Assembly: GCF_001194135.2 (NCBI RefSeq)
Contig: NC_068989.1
Span: 26,406,752-26,470,751 of the forward strand
Source: Octopus bimaculoides
Lineage: Eukaryota
Direction: 5' to 3'
DNA length: 64,000 nucleotides
The notes under the pieces were generated by a model that searched no databases, was not told the origin of the DNA, and worked only from the letters and a program-made list of their open reading frames with translations. This document shows, one piece after another, positions 38,950-51,115 of this stretch. Each line of letters begins with the position of its first letter. Position 1 is the stretch's first letter. The position numbers and the translations under genes are program-made.

Positions 38950-39186
38950 TAATAGTTTGCAATATCATTCTCAATAGAGCTGAAATGAAAGAAAACTTCC
39001 TTCTCATAGTCAGCATTTTAAATGAATCCATAATTGTCTTTCCATGCAGCTGTGAAGCCTTCATGTTTGCCAGCAACATGGCGAAGAACTATTCTTATAT
39101 TGACAGCTCTCTTTTGGCCATTTCTAGACGCTTCACTCATGCCAATTCAATCATATCATCATATCTTGGAGGACCCTTCTGATCCA
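38950..39186 (-). pseudogene. CSDE1: Cold shock domain-containing protein E1 (Unr) pseudogene fragment, junction of two cold-shock domains
   Basis: VDQKGPPRYDDMIE[1-nt deletion ~39144]GMSEASRNGQKRAVNIRIV...HEGFTAAWKDNYGFI*NADYEKEVFFHFSSIEND aligns, from memory, to vertebrate UNR DVEGSTSPQIGDKVEFSISD...GYVATLKDNFGFIETANHDKEIFFHYSEF; premature TAA at 39018-39020. Confidence 0.8.
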
Positions 39187-39199
39187 CTAAATATTTAAA

Positions 39200-39345
39200 T
39201 ATGGAATTGACATTATTTACATTATTTACATTTGAGGGATATCTGTCATCTTTGTTGTTAACACAACGTTTCGGCTGATACACGCTCCAGCCTTCATCAG
39301 ATGAGTTGGGGAAATTTCGAACCTGGGTTCTCATTCCTATGTTAT
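39200..39345 (-). mobile_element. PLE pLTR-like fragment with hammerhead-like core
   Basis: Minus strand CUGAUGA-A-GGCUG-gagcguguau-CAGCC-GAAAC at 39300-39268; no intact NUH triplet found. Confidence 0.5.
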
Positions 39346-39401
39346 TTTTCGATATTATTATTATTATTATTATTACTATTATTATTATTATTATTATTAT
39401 T

Positions 39402-39472
39402 GTCGTTCTCTGAAATCGAACGCGGAATCTTGGGGTTAGTATCACGCGCTCCTAACCACAATGCCATATGCC
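39402..39472 (-). mobile_element. tRNA-derived SINE head
   Basis: Minus strand tggcattgtggttag (A box-like) and gcgttcgatttca (B box-like); no acceptor stem; abuts (TTA)n. Confidence 0.55.
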
Positions 39473-39736
39473 TGAGCGAATTTTTGGGGGCTTATAAATC
39501 TAATATCTTCCTATCTTTCCTTACTACCGAATCCTATATGCTACTCATATCTGCACACGGTCTGCTTATGAGGTTGTTGTGTCCTAACATATGTGATGCT
39601 CCCACGTGACCATCGGCAATTTTTCTTTTTTTCTGTCCGTTGTAACTGGAACAAGGAAGACGTGCTCGTTAGTCTTCTTGATTTCCGTGTTCGGCACCAC
39701 AACTTCGTTTAGGATTCTAACTAAGCCCCTATATTT

Positions 39737-39828
<92 letters not shown>

Positions 39829-41214
39829 ATAGGAGCTAAACTCGGTTTCACCCGGTCTGTTTGGATGATGTAGTCGTGATTGTTTTCGGTTAGGCATAAT
39901 CTATAACAGCGTTTCTCAACCTGATCATTTCGTGTCCCGTTTCGATAGGAGCCTCCAGCTGCATGACGATTTCACCCCTCCGGTCAGAAAATGGCTTCAG
40001 GAGTTGTGAAGAAAGAATTTGTACGTAGTCTGTTTGTGAGAACTATTGTATTGGACGTCTGTCACCCCTATTGTATTAATGCTACAATTCTGCGTATTAT
40101 GTAGTTTGAATGAGAAACTGTATGTGTGTGAGCAACTTGGTGTTAATAGCAGAAGAAAGGTTAATTGCATGTGAGGTCATGGTAGAAAATGTTTACGATA
40201 TTTGATTTATGGAAAATATTATGTTAAATGTTTGAAACGCAAATCTGTGAATGAAAGATAATTTCAGACCTCTACATGGTAGGTAGACCTGGTAGAAATA
40301 GAAGCCAAATCTCCCTCAAAACACACTGCTTTATTAATGCGAGAATTCTGCGTATTATGTTAAGCAGTTGACGTTAAGAATTACTTTAACAGAAAATGAA
40401 GCTGTAAGAATTAACGGGGATTGTGTATGTAAAAGTTAATAGCAGACGTATCCAATTTAAGAAAAGTGAAGAGAAAAGCTAAGTGAACTACGCTTATAGA
40501 AAAGCAATTTGTATTATAGAAATTGATACATACCTGTTGAAGATTAAAATGTATGTAAGAGCTATTGTTTTCGACGCGTGTATAATCATAGAGAAACTGA
40601 AAGACTTGAAATGTCAATTTGTGTGTGTATGTGTGCGTATTTTTGACGCGATTGTTGCATTTACCAGGAGTTGGTTTGTGTTTTATCTCTTGATCAATGG
40701 CCGGACAAGTGAAAAGGAAAGGCGATCTTTTGAAGTGGGCGTCGAATGAAGAGACATAAACAGTTTTATAACTGAACTTCTTTTGAAGTTGTTGTGAGAG
40801 GGGAGAATTGATGTGCGTGCGTATGTCTGTGTGTGTGTGAGTGTGTATGTTTGATAGGGTGTGCGCAACTGAGAGAGTAATGTTGATGGTGTATGTGTTT
40901 ATGAGAGAGAGAGAGAAAGAAAGAAACAAACAAACATAGAGAGATAAATGAAATTTATCATTCATTTTATTTATTTATTATGTATATATGTATGAATGGC
41001 TTTAGTAACACACACTCACATACACGCACGCACCCAGGTAGTTTTAATCAATTTTCTCTGTAAGTTTGGAGAGTAGGAAAACAATACAAAACGCGTTCCA
41101 ATCTATGCACCCGTCTCCACATGTGTGCCATTGTTCACGCGAATTTACCCAGCCGTTTGGCCGTGAACCTCAAGACAAGAAAGAATACAACGGTCGGTCA
41201 ACTTCAATTTATAG

Positions 41215-41316
<102 letters not shown>

Positions 41317-41408
41317 CATACAAATATATGTTCGTGTGTGCGTGTGGGGGTGCGTGGGTGTGCGTGGGGTTTGTGTGGGGGCGTGTGGGGTGTATGGGTG
41401 TGGGGGTG

Positions 41409-41448
<40 letters not shown>

Positions 41449-43314
41449 TGTGTGTCCTAATTGAATTTAGAATGTTATTCTCGATAAAATGCTTCCAGTA
41501 TATTAACATATTTACCCTAAGATTTTAATATTCTGCAGCACATAAACCAGCAGATAACCATTTCTAAATAGAAACAGAAAGCGAACATGTACCAAATATA
41601 AAATTGCCGCGAAATGCATGCTGCAACACTAATCAAAGATGTTCTTTGTTTTATTTTGCAAGTGGAACAAAATAAAATAGAGAATATATTCGAAGTTGAA
41701 ATACTTCATTGGTAGAACTAATTGTGTCCCATTATAAGTTTCAAATTAATGCCAAGGTATATGCGATTCTCATAAAAAAGAAAAACTGAAAATGTTTCAC
41801 AGTACAAGCACGTAAATTACATTGGGCTAAATAGATTTCTGAACTACTTGTTTTATTCCGCCTCACATTTGGGAATATAAATTATCGCAAAAACATTTCT
41901 AAATTCGGTAATCGATTTATCAAATATCTACTTAGATACATATTCCCAATAAACTAGGTGAAAGAATATATTCAGACTTATGCATCGGAAAAATTATAAA
42001 TCATTTCATGCATTTCAATAAATATAACTGAAAGTTATAGTCATGCACACACGTATATATATATATATATATATCGGTCAACCTTCCTATCTCTCGCACT
42101 ATATATGTATGTCACTGTGTATGTATGCGCGTGTGTGTACGTGCGTATACGTATATATATATATTTTGGTGCACAGACAAGAGAAATAGGACTCATGTAG
42201 AGTAGATATCCTTTTAATCATCAGTAAAGCTACACGTAGAAAGCTTAAGCATTGCATATTTCTTTCTCACCTTTTTTTCTCTCTTAATCCTTTTTGTCGA
42301 AGATCGTAGGCTTGTAACTTAAAAGACTTTTCCATACTTCCGAGCGTTAAATTAATACACCTTCTTTCTATACCAGTTTTCGTTATTTTCCTAGTGCAAT
42401 GTGCTGCTATAATTTGTGCTAAGTTTTTGCTCGTGGAGAAAACCAATCAAATAGTGTGTCGGTTAAAAATTCTATTACACAGCGCAGCAAAAAATAATTT
42501 TGTCATGCTATTTAAAATATAGGTAGTCAAATTGGGGAGATTTTAAATACTGCACTTACAATAACTGGAAAACGCACACCAAAATACAGGCAAGTAGTGG
42601 ACGTGAGACAAACGTTACAACTCCGAACGCAGCTGTACCAGTTACAATAAACACTAGACAAAATAACACAGAAACTCGAAGATATAGTCGAAATGTAAAC
42701 ACTAATATACCTGTAATTAGAGAGACAAAGAAGTTACTTAATTCAGTCTGATTAACACAAGCAAAGCTAGTGTAGGTAAAAATCTTTGCAGCTGTGGCAA
42801 GAAAAAAACGTTCTTCTTAAATGTTCTGTGTTTGACGAAAAATATATTAATCAGGTGAAGGGTTATATCAAGTGGAATTTCGTATCTTTATATTGGGTAC
42901 CGCCTATAAATTTCAAGGTTAAACTGGCAAATCATTTAGCTTCATTTAAGGAAAATGCATAGCACATGTTTAAGTGTGTTTCTCTGATCCCTTAGGGATA
43001 GAAATACTATCTTTAATATAGAAGTTGCATAGGCTCATAACCATTCGAAAGCAACCGATGCATATGCAATTGGGTGATGTCTGTGCAGCAGAAACGTGCG
43101 TCGGACACATTCAAACCATAAATGCTGTGTAATTGACTGTAGAAATAAAAATTTTAAAAAAATGTCAAGATGTACTAATCTCCATATTCATTGTTATTGT
43201 CTTGGATACGCACACGGTAAAATATTTATAATCCAGCGAAGCGAACTCAAGATTTACTCATCGGAGGAAATACATTGGGATTACTTAACTTAGGTAGTCC
43301 TAGGGGCTCTATTT

Positions 43315-43384
43315 CGTTACTGAAGACTGCTGCTAATTAGACCTCAAAAGACATACATCTAATTAGCAGCAATCTTCAGCAACG
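43315..43384. repeat. 27-bp inverted repeat with a 16-nt loop (70-nt hairpin)
   Basis: cgttactgaagactgctgctaattaga / tctaattagcagcaatcttcagcaacg; two mismatches. Confidence 0.95.
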
Positions 43385-44749
43385 AGCTTAATTAGATTCT
43401 GTATAGTAGTTGAGAAGATGACTAAGACAAATTCCATGCATTTATTTGGCAACAAGACTCTGAAGAGAGGTGTATCTACACATACTTAGGAATTTTATTT
43501 AGAAAATTAATATTCTATATTTGAGCTTGATATGTTGTTGTCTTGGATGCAAAAAAGTTATGAAATATTTATAATACTTAATAACGTATAAGTTTCTTTT
43601 TTTTATTATATAAAAATGGTCTGTATTGTTCTGTCAGAAACTATTCCATTAAACCTTGAGAGATAATCAATGTTTAAGCTCAATTTTACTTTCGACTTAG
43701 AAGCCCTTAATTATTTTATTGTGATATCTAATGTAATGCCAACCCATATTAATGCTTTCTTTCTTATGTAATATAATTTACCACTAAGACGTATTAAATT
43801 GTTTGGCGATTCATTTCTCCTCAATCAATCAAATTATCTTCTCTTTGTAAAGAAACAACAATTGTTTGATTATATTCAACCTGCACATAATCAGTTCCAG
43901 TTTTCCTCGCTGATTTCCGATTCTTTGAGTTTATTGTACTATCAAGTATTTCTTGAAATACTTATGAATGCATAACATCAAATACATCAAATACAACAGG
44001 ATATGTATGCAGCAACATAATTAAACGAATTATAATGCTTGAACACAAAATAAAAGATATACAGTAGGAAGATATTTCCTTAATCAATACATTCGTACGT
44101 GCATACACAAGCAGATATTCACTAACAAATATATACATATTCATGCATTGGTGTATGTTCATCTGTGCATCTATATAAGTATAGGTGTATATCTGTATAT
44201 GGTTCGCGGAGTATATGTCAGCTGACAAATTCCCGAACAGAAATTAAATCGATAAATATTTCCACATTTCCTCATCTTTTCCCTTCGTTTTTCACTGTCA
44301 TATTGTCCCTTTTTGAGCATATCTATGCTTCTAAGATCGACGGGATCGCATTCTTGTGACGACACCGCTTTTGTTTATTTTGTGGAGACTTGTAGGGATA
44401 CCTCGTAGAATGAAGCCATTCTTCACTCCAGCTGGTGGTGTGCGATTTCTTAGTATTTATTATCACTTTAATTATACTTAACCCTTATGAAGATAATATT
44501 TCGATGCGGAGTATTTTGTCATTATATTGCTTGTTTTTGTATAAAGTAGCAAAAAACGACGGAATTAGGCTGTTTTCGTTATCGGTTATATTTTAAATAA
44601 TCAAGTTTTGTTTCAAGTTACTTTGAGTTTGTGGAACGCCAATATCTATATTTATTAACTATAGCTAGTATAGAGATTGCATTGCAATATATTCTTATGT
44701 ATTTTTTCAAATAAAAACATACATCTCGCGAGATTGGCTTTTTTAAGGC

Positions 44750-45035
44750 ACACGTGTGGCTGTGTGCTAAGTAGCTTGCTTATCAACCTCATGGCTTCGT
44801 GTTCAGTCCCACCGCGTAGCACCTTTGACCAGAGGAATGACCACTAGGTGGATTCCTAACATGCTAGAAGTAGACACATAAGAAAACCACTAAGAAAACT
44901 TGTTCTCAACAAATTTCGGCAAACGCCAGAACGTAAAGCGAGCAAGTCAAATGAAAAGATACAAAATTTATTGACAAGTCACATACTTAGATTTCATTGT
45001 AACCATTTACATTACATAAATGACTGCGTGTGTGT

Positions 45036-45133
<98 letters not shown>

Positions 45134-45335
45134 TTCTCTGTCTGTCTCTACCCCCACTGCTTGACAACCGATGACGGTTTATTTATATCCCCGTACCTTA
45201 GCTGTTCTGCAAAAGAGACCTACACGATACGTACTAGGCTTACAAAGAAGTCTTGGGGTCGATTAATTCGACTAAAGGAGGTGCACTAGTTTGACCGCAG
45301 TCAAATAACTGAAAAAATAAGAGAATAAAAGAATA
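44750..45335 (+). mobile_element. SINE head (44750-44830) and tail (45135-45335) separated by an insert and (TG)n
   Basis: gtggctgtgtgctaagtagcttgc...gttcagtcccaccgcg head; ccactgcttgacaaccgatg...gactaaagg..ccgcagtcaaataactgaaa tail. Confidence 0.6.
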
Positions 45336-46106
45336 TGCAACTACAAGACGTATGAGTATCCATATATGACTAACATAAAATAATTACCGTCTTACCATTT
45401 ATCTGATATTTGTCAGTTCCGTGTTGATACCGAATTAAATAGTAATGTATAATTTTGAAAACTTTCATTTTAATGTAAAGCAATAGATCAATAAAATTTA
45501 TTGTTTCAATCTAGGAAGTTTATAGGGTACAAAAAGAAGTATTATAACCACACAGTATCTATTGTAGTTTTGGTACGAGACCAAATCATACTTTGTCTCT
45601 ACAGGAAACGCCGATCGATTTATCGGAACTGTGAGTTTAGAGCATTAATTCAAGTATGTGCAACAGATAAAACCTCAAATGTTATATCATTTGAAGCAGT
45701 ATGTAAATTTGTGTATATATTATACAGGAAATAATTTTCTATACGCACCCATTGAATTAAAAATTCACTCCGACCTTTGCATAATATCTATATTTTAAAG
45801 CGTTCAAACCTGTTCTGAACGGAAATAACAGTAATAATACAATCACCAGTTAATAATGTAGATTAATAAATACAAACAACCTACAGAATACCGGTACGCC
45901 TGGTAAACTGTGATGTTTAAGAGCATGCGGATTGATGAATAAGATATTCTAAAAATTCAGCTGTCTGCAGCGTTCTAAGACGTATTTAAGTTGTCAAGAA
46001 ATCAATTGTCAGTCAAACACATTCGAAATCTGATGAGTACACTATATGAAAGCGAAAACGAGAAAGGTAGACTGTTTTAACTTTATTCAACTGATATATA
46101 TATATA

Positions 46107-46177
<71 letters not shown>

Positions 46178-46178
<1 letters not shown>

Positions 46179-46395
46179 GAGGCGCAATGCCCGAGTGGTT
46201 ATGGCGGCGGACTCGAAGTCATAGGATCGCGGTTTCGATTCCCAGAGCAGGCGTTGTGAGTGTTTATTGAGCGAAAACACCTAAAGCTCCACGAGGCTCC
46301 GGCAGGGGACGGTGGTGAACCCTGCTGTACTCTTTCACCACAACTTTCTTTCACTCTTGTTCCTGTTTCTGTTGTACCTGTAATTGAAGGCGGCT
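46178..46395 (+). mobile_element. tRNA-derived SINE (second family)
   Basis: ggaggcgcaatgcccgagtggtt (A box) and ggtttcgattcc (B box), followed by a non-tRNA body; directly follows (TG)n. Confidence 0.8.
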
Positions 46396-48712
46396 GACTA
46401 TTTCACGAACTTCACTCCTGCCATTTGATGTACCAGGATATTTGCACAGACAACTCCAGTTTTTCCAACAGATATATTCTGTCTGCAAATGTCTGCAATG
46501 TCTGCAAAGTGAATTTTACGTATGCATTGCTGTTTTTCTCTCTATCTTATTCAGGGAATATTTACGATGTTTATTGTAAGTAACCAGCACCAATATCTTT
46601 GTGTCCGGCAATATATATGTTTCAGTTAAATGTTATCGAGTGTGCTTCAGTTATTATTCAAGCAAACAACAAAATACATCTTCATTTATCAGCTCCATAT
46701 TACACCAGCCAACCCATGATCGCGGCACATACATATATTTGAAAGCAAAAAGCAACAGGTAAATGTTTAGAAAATATAGGTAGTATATATATTCAGATAG
46801 AAGAAATACGGGAGCGTATAATTAATAAATATATAACAATATGACTACAATGAGGGAGGCACATTTGATCAAAAGATAATAGGTCATTTCTATCGGTCTT
46901 TCAGACGTAAATAAATTGTTCAATAATCATTAATATACAGAATTATGATAATTGCTGTCTTACAATCTGTATTTTCAATTCGTTTTAAAATATCATAGAA
47001 TTAAAGGTATGATTATTCTCCTTCCCAACACGTTAGACATAGATATATTAATTTTATTGCATATAGAAATCGCTATTAAATTGCTAGAAAGAGTCACTTT
47101 CAATTCCAGTTCCCTTGAAGATTTGTAACAATAATAACTTATATCGGCTTTATCGGAAATATAACTGCTACTTAGTGGTCTTCATACATGCTCATTATAA
47201 GAATGTATATTTTGATACTAGATAGATGCAAACACACATATATTATACATCATAAATATATGATAGTGTAGACATGTATGTATTCTGTATTTATGCTTTT
47301 ACAGGTATATATATGTGTGTGTGTGTTGTGTATGTATATGCATATATTACATATGTGTATATAAATGAATATGCAGACATACACACATATACACATTTAT
47401 ATACATACATGTATTTGTATATACATACGTGCATACATTTGTACATACTTACACATATACATTCAAACATGTATATATGAGTAAGCAACACAAAAGCAAA
47501 AAAAAATATAAGTGACTGAAAGACAGTGAGATGTGTATGTATGCACGTGCGTATATACATGTCGTGTTGTAGTAACAGTTTCCTCATTTTATTTTATGAA
47601 TTATGTTGTCTTTCTTTATATTTGTTAACCTTTCACGTAAATTGTATACCTATAAAATCAAGCAGATCCCTTAATACATTCCTAAACCCGCTTTCTCTCA
47701 TTTGTATCAAATGAAAGAAATAATGTTAATTCTTCTTATTGACATATACGCGCACATGTAATTTTCTAGACTCTGTTAATTAAAGAGAAGTATATCAAAT
47801 TACAGTTGAACAGACAGATTTATCGTTTGATCTAATGGAATCAATGACACTCGAGCACATTAAGATGTCCTTTTACATCACACATTAAGGCGCATGCTAG
47901 GTTTCAAACAGTGTTTTCATTATTGTGCACGTATATAATTTTTATACGCTAAACTTTATTTTTATACTACGTTTTCGATATCAGTCTAAGCATTTATGTT
48001 CTTGAAATCAAAGAAATAATTGATTAAATCTACAGATGAACAAAAAATAAATCAACTATCATTTCTAAGTTTGATTATGTTGGATTTTCTGTAATTACGC
48101 TAATATCGAATGCAACTATAATTAGCTGATAGCGTCATCGAGAATGATTAGAATAAAGGTCCGAGGTTTCTTTTGTGGTAGCAATGCAATATAGGTTTCA
48201 AATATAACAGCCCATATCAGTTCGATATATTAAATTGTTTTATAAAATACTTATTTAATTCGACTCTGTTCGGCGTGGCAATAGGAAGACATGTATAGTT
48301 TGATATATTTTTAACGTTACGCCCACTGGATAGGTTGAATAGTTATACTTGAACTTCGTTAATACTGTAAATATAACTATATTCTTTCATTCGTATGTCG
48401 AAGCAAAATTAAAATATCATTAATTTGTGCATAAAACCTATTTTCAATGTGTACCACCACCACTTGCCCCCAAAGGACACTTGCATTTCGAAATATTATC
48501 TAAATTTCTTGGTCAAGTACGTTTAGTGCCTGACCCAACAAAATGTTGGGTCAAGCTCAAACGTCCCTTGACTATAATTCGTAACCTCGCCGCGCGTTAG
48601 AAAATCTCAATATTTTTCAATTTTTGATTCCCATTATATTTCTTAAACTTGGCTGAAATTTCATATACTTCATGTTAAAGTACTGTTTCTATTTTCATAT
48701 AAGATTTATAGC

Positions 48713-48767
<55 letters not shown>

Positions 48768-48829
48768 TCTTTTCAACACAATTTCCGAAGAACCTCTTCA
48801 TATTCACATTTCAGTTTTTTTTTACTCTT

Positions 48830-49370
48830 ACCTATCGTCTCCCCCTCTTCTCTGTGTGTTTGTTTACTCTCTCTCGTTCTGATTTTTCTCCCCTTTCTAT
48901 TAGCCACCCCATCAATATAATATTTATCTTTCTATCTGTTTTTTTTTCTCTCTTTCTCTTTCTGTATGTCTCGTTGTCTCTCTATTTCTCTTTCTTTCCC
49001 TTTGTCTCTTCTGTTTACTTTACTCTCTACCACTCTTCCTCTTTCTATGCTTCTTTCAACATATTCTTTCAACATATTCCCTTTCCCTTTCTGTATAATC
49101 TGTATCAATCCTTCTGTTTATCTTTGACTCCACCAGTCTCTTTATATCTATCTTTCTGTCTGTCTGTCTCTATCTATCATCTCTATCTCTGCCTTGTCTC
49201 TCTTCTCTGTCTTTTCATTTGCCTTTCTCTCTTACACTCTTCCTTCTACCGCTGCTGTAATTCCTCTATATCTCTCTTAAACTTCCTCCTATATCTCCCA
49301 GACATGCTTTACTACCAGACGTGCTTTCTTTCCTCTCTATTCTGCATATTCCTCTTCACATACAAAAACT
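48830..49370. repeat. CT-rich low-complexity tract
   Basis: Directly visible. Confidence 0.9.
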
Positions 49371-50829
49371 AGAGAAATTACACTGTAACACAGGGTCGCG
49401 TCTGTTCTCTGATTATGTTGTGTGTTTTCTATCGGGAATCATCAACAGGTCAAATTTAATTAACACCATGCCCGGATTTTTTTAATTCATTAAATTAGTA
49501 CTTTTGTTCCATTTCACTGCGCTCAATGGTAACTGGAATAGTGTGAACAGAGGGCGTCAAAGGTGCTATTATTTGAGACAACATGGTTGCTCGACCTGCG
49601 AGAAAGAGCAGCTACATTGCCCTCAAATCACTTCCTGCATAAGTCTACAATAATAAGCTGTGTGTTAGGTAGAAGGTAAAATATGTAATATATGTAAATT
49701 AATCATCTGTAGGTACGTGGCATTGCGTTATGCTTCCAAAATATAGTATATTATAGTTGCATAAACGAAATACCACGTACCTACAAATCATTAGTATTCA
49801 AGTACCAACTTCCAGGAATGCGTTTAATATTTTAATTGGTATATCGACTAACTATGCACTGCAATATACAGTGGCTATGTTAGCAATGTGTTTGAGGATG
49901 ATTAATTAGTTAGATGGGTGTTGATGAATGGACACTCCTACCCCGATATATGTTATATACGCCCATTGCTTGTTTACATCTGACGCCTCGTATACGAAAC
50001 GTAGTAACAAAAGTCAGTGCTGGCTATAGAATAGTTGTAGAGATAACTTTAGCACGTGCATCTTAGCTGAAGTTAAACGAATGTACAATACAACGCGGCA
50101 AAAAGCAAAATATTTTTGGCACAGAATTCAAATTAAGAACTGCTGTTATGCATACATTGCAAACAGTCGACCTTCGACATTATACTTGCATTGTAAAGAA
50201 TTATGCTGACAAATGGAATACTATTAGTGATACTAAAATCACTTCTTACAATGCCAATTTTCTTTCCAAAATGACGAACATTGCTGCTTTGTCTTTTGAA
50301 AAAAAATAATTGAAATGAAATAACTGGCCTAAATGATAATTAATTATACAATAGAAATTCAAATTCAATGGTGGCCGTTCCCTCATAAAAAACCAATAAT
50401 CACCTCAAAGAGGTATGTGGGTGAACCAGAAATTGAGCCAACAGTGGCAATGATAATTCAATGATAATCCAAATAATGAATTGTGTAAAATAATCTTAAA
50501 AAGCAAGAAATTTAAATGAAATATTTCTATTTTACAGAAACTAAAATGTTCAGCAATATGTTCAGACATTAAATTTTCCTAAAAAAAATTGTTTTCGAGA
50601 ATGTTGAGGCCTCAAAAGTTAGAAAATAGAATCGAAAAAAAATTGGCAGTTTGATGCACTTATCGAAATGTTCATCTCATTGGCAAACAAATCTTAATCT
50701 TATTTTTAAAGGGGCTGGAAGCCATCAATTCAATCCCATTTTATTAACAAAGGAAGCTTTACTATAACATTTCTTTTAGAAGCACAGGTAGAACCATTTG
50801 CTAGGATTAAGGACGGAAGTATACATATA

Positions 50830-51115
50830 ATGACATGGAGGAGAGAAGAACAAAAGAAGGGGGAGGAGGAGAGAAACATGAAACAAATGTAGGTCCGCGA
50901 AGAAGTATAATGATCCATTCGAAGAGGAAGCATGGAATGAGGTGAATGTTAGAATGAAGAACAGAAAAGGAAAAGATGGAGGATGAAGGGAGTAAAGCAA
51001 AAGAAGATAGAGAAACATGGAAGCGGTTGATGGAAGAAGGATGATGACCTAGAAGAAGAGAAAGGATTGAACATGGAATGGAGGAGAGCAAAGGGAAACA
51101 AAGTGGAGGGAGAGA
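50830..51115. repeat. GA-rich low-complexity tract
   Basis: Directly visible. Confidence 0.9.

Noticed and set aside
39907-40122. hAT-type MITE (cagcgtttctcaacc start)
   Set aside because: Right TIR is poor and there is no 8-bp TSD.
42527-42752. ~75-codon Met-less T/N/R-rich open frame
   Set aside because: No in-phase splice sites or homology; plausible by chance.
44474-44640. piggyBac-like end (TTAACCCT)
   Set aside because: No matching right end or transposase.
45908-46035. C/D box snoRNA
   Set aside because: Box C is imperfect and there is no terminal stem.
46029-46070. Hammerhead (CTGATGA...GAAA)
   Set aside because: Stem II does not pair and no adjacent stem I or III can be formed.
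46178-46255. tRNA gene
   Set aside because: A and B boxes are present but there is no proper acceptor stem and a SINE body follows.
46380-46510. Minus-strand exon-like frame, including TGVVCA resembling Unr
   Set aside because: The donor lies inside a SINE tail and the similarity is too short.
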